A DNA stretch of 63,417 bases, filler included, from Desulfonatronovibrionaceae bacterium (lineage in GTDB: Bacteria > Desulfobacterota > Desulfovibrionia > Desulfovibrionales > Desulfonatronovibrionaceae): NCBI GenBank assembly GCA_046539845.1. It is 3 parts of 3 records of this genome, joined end to end, with 100 filler letters (N's around TTAATTAATTAA, not from the genome) between each part and the next. Parts side by side here need not be neighbours in the genome. Positions count along the whole stretch, not along the records: positions 27,527 to 53,779 come from JBKHGE010000031.1; 2 more parts are not named here. One strand, written 5' to 3'. The position numbers and the translations under genes are program-made. Positions 39,686 through 49,426 of this stretch are shown here, one piece after another. The notes beneath the pieces were generated by a model. The model was not told the origin of the DNA, ran no database searches, and saw only the letters and a program-made list of their open reading frames with translations. Position 1 is the stretch's first letter; the number at the start of each line of letters is the position of its first letter.

Positions 39686-41533
39686 ATGCCTGAAAGGAAA
39701 GACAACAATAAATTACGCAATATCGCCATCATCGCCCATGTCGATCACGGCAAGACCACCCTGGTGGACGCCATGTTCCGGCAAAGCGGTCTCTTCCGTG
39801 ACGGCCAGGAAGTGGATGAACGGCTCATGGACAGCATGGACCTGGAACGGGAACGCGGGATCACCATCGCGGCCAAGAACTGTTCCGTGATGTGGAACGG
39901 GGTGCGGATTAATATTATCGACACCCCCGGCCATGCCGATTTCGGAGGGGAAGTGGAGCGGGCCCTGTCCATGGCCGACGGAGCGATCCTTTTGGTGGAC
40001 GCCTCGGAAGGTCCTCTGCCCCAGACCAGGTTTGTTTTGAGCAAGGCCCTTGCCGCCGAGCTGCCCATAATAGTGGTCATGAACAAAATCGACCGCCAGG
40101 ATGCAAGACCGGCGGAAGTCCTGGATGAGATCTACGATCTCTTGATCGAGCTGGACGCATCCGAGGAACAACTTGAGTTCAGCCTTTTCTATGCCGTGGG
40201 ACGGGACGGGGTCGCCTCCCGTTCTCAGGATGAGCCCGGCAAGAACCTGCATCCCCTGTTTGAGGCCATCCTTAAAGACATACCCGGCCCGAAATACACC
40301 CCCGGAGCCCCGCTGCAGATGCTGATCTCCGACCTGGGTTATTCCGATTTTGTCGGCCGCCTGGCCGTGGGCAAGGTGGCCAACGGGTCTATCCGGGTAA
40401 GAGACAACCTGATCTGCATCGGAGAAGGAGAAGACCATAAGCCGCTGAAAATATCCAAGCTGCAGATTTACGAAGGCATGCAGATGAAGGACGTGGAAGA
40501 AGTGGAAGCCGGGGACATAGCAGTAGTGGCCGGACTGGACACCATCCGCATCGGGGACACCATATGCAGGCAGGACGATCCCCGGCCGCTGCCGCGCATA
40601 ACCGTGGATAAGCCCACTGTGGCCATGAAATTCGCGGTCAATGACTCGCCCTTGAGCGGCCGGGAGGGAAAATACATCCAATTCACCCGCATCCGGGAAC
40701 GCTTGGAAAAGGAAGTCCTGGCCAATGTGGCTATCGCCCTGGAGGACACCGAAGACCCGGACACGGTCCTGGTCAAGGGCCGGGGGGAATTTCAGCTGTC
40801 CATCCTGATCGAGACCATGCGCCGCGAAGGATATGAATTCAGCATAGGCCGGCCGGAAGTTATCTTCCGTTATGAAAATGGGGAAAAGCAGGAGCCCATG
40901 GAGCGACTGCTGGTGGACTGCGAAGAACAATTCATGGGCGTGGTCACGGAAAAGCTTTCTTTGCGCAAGGGCAAGATGACCAATCTGGTGAATAACGGCC
41001 AGGGCCGGGTGCGCATTGAATTCTCCATTCCCGCCCGGGGACTTATCGGCTACCGGGACGAATTTTTGACCGACACCCGGGGATCCGGTCTCCTGCATTC
41101 CAGATTCGACGGATATGGACCGTTTCGCGGAGATTTCCCCTCCCGGTTCAGCGGCTCAATCGTGTCCGACCGCTCCGGCAAGGCCGTGCCCTACGCCCTG
41201 TTCAATCTCGAACCCCGGGGGCAGCTCTTTATCCAGCCCGGGGAGCCGGTCTATGAAGGCATGGTCATTGGAGAGCATAACCGCGGACAGGACATAGACG
41301 TAAACCCGTGCAAGGAAAAAAAGCTGACCAATGTCCGGGCCTCGGGCAAGGATGAAAGCGTGACCCTGACCCCGGTCAAGCCTTTGTCCCTGGAGCTGGC
41401 CATAAGCTTTATCCGCGAGGATGAACTCCTGGAGGTGACTCCCGTTTCCCTGCGTATGCGCAAGCAGATTCTATCCGCCCAAAAAAGACACACCCAGCAG
41501 GCCAGGAAACGCAAGATGGAAGACGAAGGGTAA
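39686..41533 (+). CDS. typA: Translational GTPase TypA/BipA
   Basis: RNIAIIAHVDHGKTTLVD, ERERGITI, DTPGHADFGGEVER, NKID, GRGE..L.ILIETMRREG. Confidence 0.98.
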   Translation: MPERKDNNKLRNIAIIAHVDHGKTTLVDAMFRQSGLFRDGQEVDERLMDSMDLERERGITIAAKNCSVMWNGVRINIIDTPGHADFGGEVERALSMADGAILLVDASEGPLPQTRFVLSKALAAELPIIVVMNKIDRQDARPAEVLDEIYDLLIELDASEEQLEFSLFYAVGRDGVASRSQDEPGKNLHPLFEAILKDIPGPKYTPGAPLQMLISDLGYSDFVGRLAVGKVANGSIRVRDNLICIGEGEDHKPLKISKLQIYEGMQMKDVEEVEAGDIAVVAGLDTIRIGDTICRQDDPRPLPRITVDKPTVAMKFAVNDSPLSGREGKYIQFTRIRERLEKEVLANVAIALEDTEDPDTVLVKGRGEFQLSILIETMRREGYEFSIGRPEVIFRYENGEKQEPMERLLVDCEEQFMGVVTEKLSLRKGKMTNLVNNGQGRVRIEFSIPARGLIGYRDEFLTDTRGSGLLHSRFDGYGPFRGDFPSRFSGSIVSDRSGKAVPYALFNLEPRGQLFIQPGEPVYEGMVIGEHNRGQDIDVNPCKEKKLTNVRASGKDESVTLTPVKPLSLELAISFIREDELLEVTPVSLRMRKQILSAQKRHTQQARKRKMEDEG

Positions 41534-41559
41534 CTGACTGCCAAAAAAATCCTTATCCA

Positions 41560-41688
41560 GCAGGTCGTTTTTAAAACTCCGCGGGCAAGGCGCAAAAAAA
41601 AAATCAAGGTCGCAGCTTACTTGTCCGGAAACAAGAACTTAGAATTATTGCTTCAACTCAGCGGTTTGGAGATTTAAGCACGGCCTGC
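41560..41688. mobile_element. Degenerate MITE-like element
   Basis: 21-bp imperfect terminal inverted repeats (17/21): GCAGGTCGTTTTTAAAACTCC and GGAGATTTAAGCACGGCCTGC; non-coding. Confidence 0.65.
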
Positions 41689-41950
41689 CAGATAAAAATT
41701 CCGCATTGAAGACCCCCCAAAAAAATATTATCCAAACCTAGAACATCCTCAATAAAGATGGGGGGGATTCCGCATTAAGGGGCGGATTTTAACACCAGAG
41801 AGCCTTCCTTTTCATCAGTGAAGCGCGAAATAGTTACTCTCCCCCCATTCGTGACCGGAAAAGACGCCGTGCACTGCAATATCATTTTGCCACCAGACCA
41901 GCCCGGCAAATTAGAATTCAGACTCTTGAGACAGAACCAAAGGAGGTGTC

Positions 41951-43222
41951 ATGGCCACTGCTAAAACAGCCGACTCCCGTTCGGTCATCCTTGGAGGATT
42001 GTCCGGGAACATAATGGAGTGGTATGATTTTGCTGTTTATGGATATTTCGCCCCGGTTATATCCCAACAATTTTTCCCCTCCAAAGATCCCATGACCTCG
42101 CTAATCGCCACATTCGGCGCTTTTGCCGCGGGATTTCTGGTCCGCCCCCTGGGCGGAATAATCTTCGGGCACCTGGGCGACCGGGTAGGGCGGAAATACG
42201 TGATGATCCTCTCCGGGATACTCATGGCCGTGCCCAGCTTTCTCATCGGAGTTTTGCCCACTTATTCCCAGATAGGGATTTGGGCCGCGGTCTTGCTTAT
42301 CCTTTTGCGCGTAGTCCAGGGACTTTCCGTGGGCGGTGAATACACAACTTCCATCATTTTCCTGGCCGAACACGCCCAAAAAGACGCTCGGGGGTTCATG
42401 GCCAGTTGGAGCAGCGTAGGAGCGGTGGCCGGGGCTCTTTTGGGATCGGCTGTAGGCGCCCTTTTCAGTACGCTCATGACCGACGCGGCCCTGCACTCCT
42501 GGGGCTGGCGGCTGGCCTTCATCCTGTCCATACTCGTGGGCTGGGCGGCCATATATCTGAGCAAGAAGGTGCCGGAAGTCTCTCTGGACGAAGGAGATAA
42601 AAAGGAATTTGAAGGCACACCCATTTGGGAAGCCCTGCGCACCCAAAAGGCGGCCATGCTGCGGGTGATCGGCATCGTTTTAGCCTATTCCGTGGGCTAC
42701 TACCTGGTATTTTTGTATATCACCACTTTTCTGATCGACATTGTCAAGATCCCGGCATCCGAGGCCCTGGATATAAACACAATCAGCATGGTGGTTCTCA
42801 TGTGCCTGCTTCCGATAATGGCCAAACTCTCGGACAAACTGGGACGTAAGCCGGTGCTAATCACAGCCTCCCTCGGCCTTATTTTTTTAAGCTATCCCCT
42901 GTTCTGGATGATGCACCACCATCAGGCAATGATCATACTCGGCGGACAATTGGGATTTGCCCTGTTCATCGCCGCCTTTGCCGGGACCAACCCGGTGACC
43001 ATGGTCGAGGCTTTTCCCTCGCACTTAAGGTGCAGCGCCATGTCCTTTGCTTTTAATGTCTGCTTCGCGCTTTTCGGGGGAACCACCCCTATGGTCGCAG
43101 CCTATCTCATAAAGCACACGCATGACGACCTGTCCATAGCCTTTCTTTTGATGGGGGCGGGGCTTTTATCCCTTATCGCACTTTTGGTCCATCCGGAGAC
43201 AGCCAAGGAAAAACTACGCTGA
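41951..43222 (+). CDS. MFS transporter, MHS family (ProP-like)
   Basis: GNIMEWYDFAVY, RPLGG..FGHLGDRVGRK, RVVQGLSVGGE, FGGTTP; AGGAGG RBS. Confidence 0.93.
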   Translation: MATAKTADSRSVILGGLSGNIMEWYDFAVYGYFAPVISQQFFPSKDPMTSLIATFGAFAAGFLVRPLGGIIFGHLGDRVGRKYVMILSGILMAVPSFLIGVLPTYSQIGIWAAVLLILLRVVQGLSVGGEYTTSIIFLAEHAQKDARGFMASWSSVGAVAGALLGSAVGALFSTLMTDAALHSWGWRLAFILSILVGWAAIYLSKKVPEVSLDEGDKKEFEGTPIWEALRTQKAAMLRVIGIVLAYSVGYYLVFLYITTFLIDIVKIPASEALDINTISMVVLMCLLPIMAKLSDKLGRKPVLITASLGLIFLSYPLFWMMHHHQAMIILGGQLGFALFIAAFAGTNPVTMVEAFPSHLRCSAMSFAFNVCFALFGGTTPMVAAYLIKHTHDDLSIAFLLMGAGLLSLIALLVHPETAKEKLR

Positions 43223-43280
43223 TGCGGGGAAAATCAGGCGAATGAAACATAAAAATCCATACGCTATGTCGGAGAACCAA

Positions 43281-44258
43281 TCAGGCGCAGGTGAGCCCGA
43301 GGCTGCGGATAAGAAAGATGTCCTGAGTGGCCGTGCGGCCGCGCACTGTAAGGTAGTTCCCGGTCATGAGCCCGCTGGCCCCGGCCTGAAAAATAAACGG
43401 ATGCAGTTCGCCCAGATTCTCCATGCGCCCGCCACAGACGATTATTTCTTTTTCCGGAAGGATGAACCGGAGCATGGCTATAATCTTCAGGCAACGCAAT
43501 GGTGAAGGGGGACAGATAGCAGCAAGAGGTGTACCCGGCACCGGGACCAAGAAATTCACCGGAACGGCATCCACGTCCAAATCGCGCAGCATGACTCCCA
43601 GAGAAGCCACATCCCGGTCGCTCTCCCCGATGCCAAACACCCCTCCGCTGCAAACTGAAAGGCCGGCTTCCTTTGCTGCGCGCACGGTTTCCAGCCTTTG
43701 TTCAAATGTGTGGGTAGTGCATATACGGCTGAAAAAATCCGGAGAGGTCTCCAGATTATGATGATAGCGGGAAAGGCCGGCCTCTTTCATAAAGGCCAGA
43801 TCATCCGGCTGGGCAATGCCCAGGGAGGCGCAGAGCTTGATCCCGGATCTTAGCTCCCGGAAAACAGGCAGAAGGGCCTGCATTTCCTTCCGGCTCATCC
43901 CGCGGCCGGAAGTAACCAGGGAATAGCGGTCTATCCCCTCCCTGGCACAGGCTTGACCCGGGGCAATCATTTCTTCCCCGGATAAAAAAGGGTACTTAAC
44001 TATCTCCGCCCGGCTGCGCCTGGACTGGGCGCAAAAGGCGCAATCCTCGCTGCAGGCTCCGGAGCGGGCGTTTAAGATGGAACAAAGACTTATCCGGGAA
44101 CCGAAAAATTCGCGGCGCAAAAAATCCGCTCCGGGCAGGATCTCCATGGCCCTATCCTGGGGATGATGGATGAGCGCCTGTATATCCTCTTGCGAAGCCC
44201 GGCCGCTTTTCGCGGTCCGGCGGGCGATATCTATCCAGCGGGCAAGAGGCTCATTCAT
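43281..44258 (-). CDS. bioB: Biotin synthase
   Basis: CSEDCAFCAQS, CASLG, YHHNLET, CSGG..G.GES, VPVNFL..PGTP; ATGA overlap with bioD. Confidence 0.96.
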   Translation of the reverse strand: MNEPLARWIDIARRTAKSGRASQEDIQALIHHPQDRAMEILPGADFLRREFFGSRISLCSILNARSGACSEDCAFCAQSRRSRAEIVKYPFLSGEEMIAPGQACAREGIDRYSLVTSGRGMSRKEMQALLPVFRELRSGIKLCASLGIAQPDDLAFMKEAGLSRYHHNLETSPDFFSRICTTHTFEQRLETVRAAKEAGLSVCSGGVFGIGESDRDVASLGVMLRDLDVDAVPVNFLVPVPGTPLAAICPPSPLRCLKIIAMLRFILPEKEIIVCGGRMENLGELHPFIFQAGASGLMTGNYLTVRGRTATQDIFLIRSLGLTCA

Positions 44259-44920
44259 AATAAACCCATATCGCAGCAACAAAAACGCAAGCCGGAAAAG
44301 TGTCTTTCGCCTGCGGACAATATTTTCTCGGGAGTAAGTTCGCTCAACACATCTATCTCCGCAACAACATTTGTCCCGCCGTATTTCTCTACAGCCTTTT
44401 TGTTCTCCGGGTTGGGCTTTCCGTTAAGGACCACGCCCAAAACATCCACTCCGCTTAAGCGCAAACGGTGCACGGTGAGCAGGGTGTGGTTAATGGTCCC
44501 CAGCCCGGAGCGGGCCACCACCAAAACCGGTGCGGCCAGGCGAACGATCAGATCGAGCATGAACTCCTTTTCATTCAGGGGGACCATTATTCCCCCGGCG
44601 CCCTCGGCAATAACCTGCTCGCTGCTTTCCGGCCAGTTCACCTTTAAGGGATCAATCCTTTGTCCCGCCCATTTTGCGGCCAGGTGCGGAGAAACCGGCT
44701 CGGGGAAAGAGTATGTCTCCGGATAAATCCTTTGCCTGGGCACCCCGCAGACCCGTTTCACCCATGCGGAGTCAGTCTCCAAATCGGATCCGGTCTGAAT
44801 CGGCTTCCAATAACACCCCGCGCCCGCAGCAGCCAGCATCCCGGCAACCACTGTCTTGCCCACTCCGGTATCAGTTCCGGTTATGAAAATCCGCTTGGAG
44901 CAGTCAACATGCATTGGCAA
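44255..44920 (-). CDS. bioD: Dethiobiotin synthetase
   Basis: ITGTDTGVGKT, WKPIQTG, SPHLAA, EGAGG..VP, LGTINHT. Confidence 0.96.
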   Translation of the reverse strand: MPMHVDCSKRIFITGTDTGVGKTVVAGMLAAAGAGCYWKPIQTGSDLETDSAWVKRVCGVPRQRIYPETYSFPEPVSPHLAAKWAGQRIDPLKVNWPESSEQVIAEGAGGIMVPLNEKEFMLDLIVRLAAPVLVVARSGLGTINHTLLTVHRLRLSGVDVLGVVLNGKPNPENKKAVEKYGGTNVVAEIDVLSELTPEKILSAGERHFSGLRFCCCDMGLL

Positions 44921-44959
44921 ACCAAAATATTCCAGGGTCCTCGACGTTGGGAGTGAATT

Positions 44960-46249
44960 TCATCCGCCCATCTCCCCAACCACTTTGTATATGGCCGAGC
45001 ACAATCTTTCCAGGTCCGCGGGAGGAATTATATACGGGGGCATGATGTAGATCAGATTCTTGAACGGCCTGATCCATACGCCCATATCCACAAACCGCTT
45101 CTGGGCCCGGGAGACATCCACCTCTTTATCCATCTCCACCACGCCGATGGCCCCCAGAATCCGGACATCCCTGACCCCGGGCAGATCGGCACAGCCCTGC
45201 AGGTTCTCGTGCATGATTCTTTCCACTGCCTGGACCTTGTTCTGCCAAGAGGAGCGAATCAAAAGATTTATGCTCACCTCGGCCACCTTGCAGGCCAAAG
45301 GGTTGCCCATGAAGGTCGGACCGTGCATGAAAACCCCGGGACCGCTGCCAGAAATGGTCTCGGCCACGTTGTCCGTACACAGGGTGGCGGCCATGCTCAT
45401 GCACCCCCCGGTTAGCGCCTTGCCCACGCACATGATGTCCGGGGATATCCCGGCATGCTCGCAGGCGAAAAAAGCCCCCGTCCGGCCGAACCCAGTGGCA
45501 ATCTCGTCCGCTATCAAAAGCACGCCGTATTCGTTACACAATTTCCGCACCCCGGCCAGATACTGCGGGGAGTAGAAACGCATTCCTCCCGCCCCCTGGA
45601 CAATCGGCTCCAGAATAACCGCGGCAATTGACTCTGCGGAATTCTCCAGAAGTTCCTTTAGTTCCGCCAGATCCTCTTCCGTGCATGTACGCTCGAATCC
45701 GGCCGGAGGGGCGGAAACAAAATAATTGGCCGGGAGAAATCCCTTAAACGTGCCGTGCATGCCCGTGACCGGATCGCACACGGACATGGCCCCGAAAGTA
45801 TCCCCGTGATATCCTTTGCTCAGGGCCACAAATTTCTTGCGCGATTCCGAGCCCTTTCCCTGCCAGTATTGCAGGGCCATTTTCAGGGCCACTTCCACGG
45901 AAACCGACCCGGAATCGGAAAAAAACACCCGGTTAAGCCCCTCCGGGGCAAAAGCGATCAGTCTCCGGGCCAGATCCACCGCGGGCTCGTGGGTGAGGCC
46001 GCCAAACATGACATGACTCATGTTTTCCGACTGTTCGGCCAAGGCCTGTTTCAAGACCGGATTATTGTACCCGTGGATCATGCACCACCAGGAGGACATG
46101 CCGTCCAACAGACTCTGGCCGTCTTGCAGATAAATGCGCACCCCGCGGGCCCATTTGACCGGATAGACCGGCAAAGGGTCAAGCATGGAGGTATACGGAT
46201 GCCAGATATGTTCACGATCAAAGTCGAGCATACCTTTTTTACCCGGCAT
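44960..46249 (-). CDS. bioA: DAPA aminotransferase
   Basis: HIWHPYT, DGMSSWW, DSGSVSVE, YHGDT, DEIATGFGRTG, GKALTGG, HGPTFMGN; ATG 46249 follows GGAG. Confidence 0.97.
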   Translation of the reverse strand: MPGKKGMLDFDREHIWHPYTSMLDPLPVYPVKWARGVRIYLQDGQSLLDGMSSWWCMIHGYNNPVLKQALAEQSENMSHVMFGGLTHEPAVDLARRLIAFAPEGLNRVFFSDSGSVSVEVALKMALQYWQGKGSESRKKFVALSKGYHGDTFGAMSVCDPVTGMHGTFKGFLPANYFVSAPPAGFERTCTEEDLAELKELLENSAESIAAVILEPIVQGAGGMRFYSPQYLAGVRKLCNEYGVLLIADEIATGFGRTGAFFACEHAGISPDIMCVGKALTGGCMSMAATLCTDNVAETISGSGPGVFMHGPTFMGNPLACKVAEVSINLLIRSSWQNKVQAVERIMHENLQGCADLPGVRDVRILGAIGVVEMDKEVDVSRAQKRFVDMGVWIRPFKNLIYIMPPYIIPPADLERLCSAIYKVVGEMGG

Positions 46250-46316
46250 ATCGGGACTCCTTTTTGAGCATCTTTTTTGTTTTAAAAGACACAACCGTTA
46301 TCACCCCAAAAATGAT

Positions 46317-46343
46317 AAAAAAAACCCGCCCAAAGCGGACGGG
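46317..46343 (-). terminator. Intrinsic terminator after the tRNA-Ser pair
   Basis: Minus strand CCCGTCC-GCTTT-GGGCGGG followed by a T-run. Confidence 0.7.
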
Positions 46344-46355
46344 AGATCTCTTCTG

Positions 46356-46444
46356 TGGCGGAGGGGGAGAGATTCGAACTCCCGGGCCCTTGCGGGCCTG
46401 CGGTTTTCAAGACCGCCGCCTTCGACCATCTCGGCCACCCCTCC
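46356..46444 (-). tRNA. tRNA-Ser (TGA)
   Basis: GGAGGGGTGGCCGAG...GCGGTCT-TGA-AAACCGC, long variable arm, GTTCGAATC, GCCA end. Confidence 0.96.
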
Positions 46445-46451
46445 AAAAAAA

Positions 46452-46545
<94 letters not shown>

Positions 46546-46698
46546 GCAAGGAATAAATAATTAATTCAACGCCGCCCCGGAGTCAAGCCTGACGCAGACA
46601 ACCCTGTGTTTGTCATGCCGGGGGCATCGCGGTATCTGCCCGGACAGCGCATTGACAATACTAAAACAGTCTTTGTAGGATTTGTTTTATTTTTTAAT

Positions 46699-46876
46699 CG
46701 TTGCAGTCAGCCGTCAAGCCCCTGCCTTGCGGCTTTCGGTTATCGGGAAACAGATCCAAGACAAGAACTCATAGCGGAACGCAACTGATTCTTTCGGATA
46801 AACCATCCGCATCGCCGAGGGATTGAACGAGCACGCGCAAACAACCTGCCCGTCCAGTGACCTCGTGATTGCAACG
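46699..46876. repeat. Long imperfect palindromic element (MITE-like or structured RNA)
   Basis: CGTTGCAGTCA/TGATTGCAACG closing stem with nested complementary blocks; one end resembles 26873-26902. Confidence 0.55.
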
Positions 46877-46956
46877 GCAGGAAAGCCAGCAAAATATCCG
46901 GTTAAGCCGCTTTTGTCCGGCCAGTCAACAGGACACGCAACCCAAGGAGAAGCCAT

Positions 46957-48129
46957 ATGCACCAGTTTCCGCGCATGCACCGCCTCCCCCCCTACGTATT
47001 CGCCGTGGTCAACGACCTCAAAATGCAGATGCGCCGCCAGGGTGAGGATATCATTGACTTAGGGATGGGTAACCCGGATCTGGGAACCCCACAGCATATC
47101 GTGGATAAGCTGGTGGAAGCGGCCCAGAAGCCGGTCAATCATCGCTATTCCGCCTCCAGGGGGATACCCAATCTGCGCAAGGCCATCTGCGATTGGTATG
47201 CACGCCGCTATCAGGTCCATCTGGACCCGGACTCAGAAGCAGTGGCCACTATGGGTGCTAAGGAAGGCCTTTCCCATCTGGCCCTGGCCATGCTCAGTCC
47301 AGGGGATGTAGTCTTTGCCCAGGACCCGACCTACCCCATCCATCCTTACTCAGCCATTATTGCCGGCGCAGATGTGCGCCGCATCCCCATCGGCCTGGAC
47401 CGCGACTTTTTCGAGGACCTGCTCACCGCCACCCGACAGACCTGGCCCATGCCCAAAGTGCTCATTATCTGCTATCCGCATAATCCGACTACGGCCACTG
47501 TGGATCTAAAATTTTTCCAAAAAATAGTCGATTTCGCTAAAGAGCACGGCATTTACGTCATCCATGACTTGGCCTATGCAGACCTTTGTTTTGACGGCTA
47601 CGAGCCGCCCAGCTTCCTCCAGGCCAAGGGAGCCAAAGACGTGGGCGTGGAATTCTTTTCCATGTCCAAGAGCTACTCCATGGCCGGTTGGCGGATGGGT
47701 TTTTGCTGCGGGAACAAGGATATGGTCCAGGCCCTGACCCGGATCAAAAGTTACCTGGACTACGGGATCTTCCAACCCATCCAGATCGCTTCCATAGTGG
47801 CCCTGAACGGGCCCCAGGAATGCGTGTGCGAAATAGTAAATGAATACAAAAACCGCCGTGACGCCCTGTCCGAGGGCCTGAACAGGATTGGGTGGAAGAC
47901 TGATCCGCCCAAGGCGACCATGTTCCATTGGGCCAAAATACCTAAAGAGTTCCGGCACATGGGTTCGGTGGAATTTTCCAAGATGCTTTTAAGAGAGGCC
48001 AGGGTGGCGGTCGCTCCCGGATTAGGCTTCGGCCAGTACGGGGACGATCATGTCCGCTTCGCCCTGGTTGAAAACCGCCACCGCATCAATCAGGCCCTGC
48101 GGGGAATGAAAAAAATTATCGGAGGCTGA
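46957..48129 (+). CDS. alaC: Class I/II PLP aminotransferase, AlaC-like
   Basis: [51 protein letters not shown]. Confidence 0.88.
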   Translation: MHQFPRMHRLPPYVFAVVNDLKMQMRRQGEDIIDLGMGNPDLGTPQHIVDKLVEAAQKPVNHRYSASRGIPNLRKAICDWYARRYQVHLDPDSEAVATMGAKEGLSHLALAMLSPGDVVFAQDPTYPIHPYSAIIAGADVRRIPIGLDRDFFEDLLTATRQTWPMPKVLIICYPHNPTTATVDLKFFQKIVDFAKEHGIYVIHDLAYADLCFDGYEPPSFLQAKGAKDVGVEFFSMSKSYSMAGWRMGFCCGNKDMVQALTRIKSYLDYGIFQPIQIASIVALNGPQECVCEIVNEYKNRRDALSEGLNRIGWKTDPPKATMFHWAKIPKEFRHMGSVEFSKMLLREARVAVAPGLGFGQYGDDHVRFALVENRHRINQALRGMKKIIGG

Positions 48130-48130
48130 A

Positions 48131-49426
48131 TTGGACAAACAAACCATCACTTTGGGTCTGGCCGGATTTGGGACAGTGGGTTCCGGATTGGCCCGGATCA
48201 TCGAGGAGAACAAGGAGTGGATCGCCCGCAGGATCGGCAAAAAGCTGGTCATCAAACACATCCTGGTCCGGGACAAGGACAAGGTCCGCCCTTTTGTCCC
48301 CGGTCCGGAGGCGAAATTCACCACCGAGGCGGAGGAACTCCTGGCCGATCCGGAAACAGATATATTGGTGGAGCTAATGGGCGGAACCGATGCGGCCCGG
48401 GAGTTCATAACCCGGGCGCTTGAGGCCGGCAAGCATGTGGTCACCGCGAACAAGGCCCTTTTGGCCGAGGAGGGCGGCAGCCTTTTTGACTTGGCGGAAA
48501 AAAAAGGCCGGGCCCTTTACTATGAAGCCAGCGTAGCCGGGGGGATCCCTATTGTCCAGACCCTGCGGGACAGCCTGGCCGGAAACCGGATCAAAAGCCT
48601 GACCGGGATATTAAACGGCACCGCCAATTACATCTTAAGCGAGATGACCACCACCGGCGTGGACTTTTCCGCCGCCCTGGAGATGGCCAAAGCAAAAGGC
48701 TATGCCGAAGCCGACCCCACCCTGGACATAGAGGGAATCGATGCCGGACACAAACTGGCCATACTCATCCGCCTGGCCCATGGACAGAACTATCCGTTTA
48801 AATCCCTGCCCGTGGAAGGGATATCCGCAGTCAGCCCTGCGGACATCGAATTGGCCAAGGAGTTCGGATACATCTTAAAGCTGATCGCCCAGGTCAAGGA
48901 AAAGTCCGGCCGGCTGCAGGCCGGTGTGCACCCGGTGTTTCTGCCCCAAGACCATATCCTGGCCAAGGTGGACGGGCCGTTCAATTCCATTTTGTTGAAC
49001 GGTAATGCAGTAGGCCCGATCATGCTCTACGGCCAGGGGGCCGGGGACCTGCCCACCGGCAGTGCGGTCCTGGCGGACATCCTGGCCTTGGCCCGGGATG
49101 AACGGCACCCGAACAATACAGGATTTTTGGAAAATCCGTTGCCTGACGCGGATATTTTGGATCCGGAACTCACGGTCAGCGGGCATTATTTCCGGTTCAC
49201 AGTCCAGGACCGTCCCGGAGTCCTGTCCGCCCTTTCCGGAATACTGGGGGAAAACAATATAAGCATCGCCCAAGCCGTGCAAAGACAGGACAACGAAGAC
49301 AAATCCGTGCCCGTGGTCTTTTTCACTCATCAGGCACTTATGCGCGACGTATCCAGGGCTCTCAAGGAAATCTCTTCCTTTGATTTCATAAACGCTCCTA
49401 CAGTCCACTACAGGATAATCAAATGA
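48131..49426 (+). CDS. hom: Homoserine dehydrogenase with ACT domain
   Basis: GFGTVG, VVTANKA, EASVAGGIP, GILNGTANY, GYAEADP..D.EG.DA, DRPGVL. Confidence 0.97.
   Translation: MDKQTITLGLAGFGTVGSGLARIIEENKEWIARRIGKKLVIKHILVRDKDKVRPFVPGPEAKFTTEAEELLADPETDILVELMGGTDAAREFITRALEAGKHVVTANKALLAEEGGSLFDLAEKKGRALYYEASVAGGIPIVQTLRDSLAGNRIKSLTGILNGTANYILSEMTTTGVDFSAALEMAKAKGYAEADPTLDIEGIDAGHKLAILIRLAHGQNYPFKSLPVEGISAVSPADIELAKEFGYILKLIAQVKEKSGRLQAGVHPVFLPQDHILAKVDGPFNSILLNGNAVGPIMLYGQGAGDLPTGSAVLADILALARDERHPNNTGFLENPLPDADILDPELTVSGHYFRFTVQDRPGVLSALSGILGENNISIAQAVQRQDNEDKSVPVVFFTHQALMRDVSRALKEISSFDFINAPTVHYRIIK

Noticed and set aside
39713..41098. Long antisense ORFs (461 aa opposite typA, and similar ones opposite ftsA, mraY, ftsI and others)
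   Set aside because: Expected shadows of GC-rich coding genes; no recognisable motifs.
41790..41940. Glycine riboswitch upstream of the MHS transporter
   Set aside because: Only loose AGAGAG...GAA...ACTCTC similarity; the CTCTCAGG core and closing stem are absent. An Rfam scan would settle it.
46356..46444. Selenocysteine or suppressor tRNA
   Set aside because: Anticodon TGA reads UCA (Ser); tRNA-Sec would have TCA and a longer acceptor stem.
46699..46876. 6S RNA call
   Set aside because: Size fits, but there is no symmetric central bubble, the usual zapA/ygfA context is absent and one end matches another intergenic repeat; kept only as an unassigned structure.
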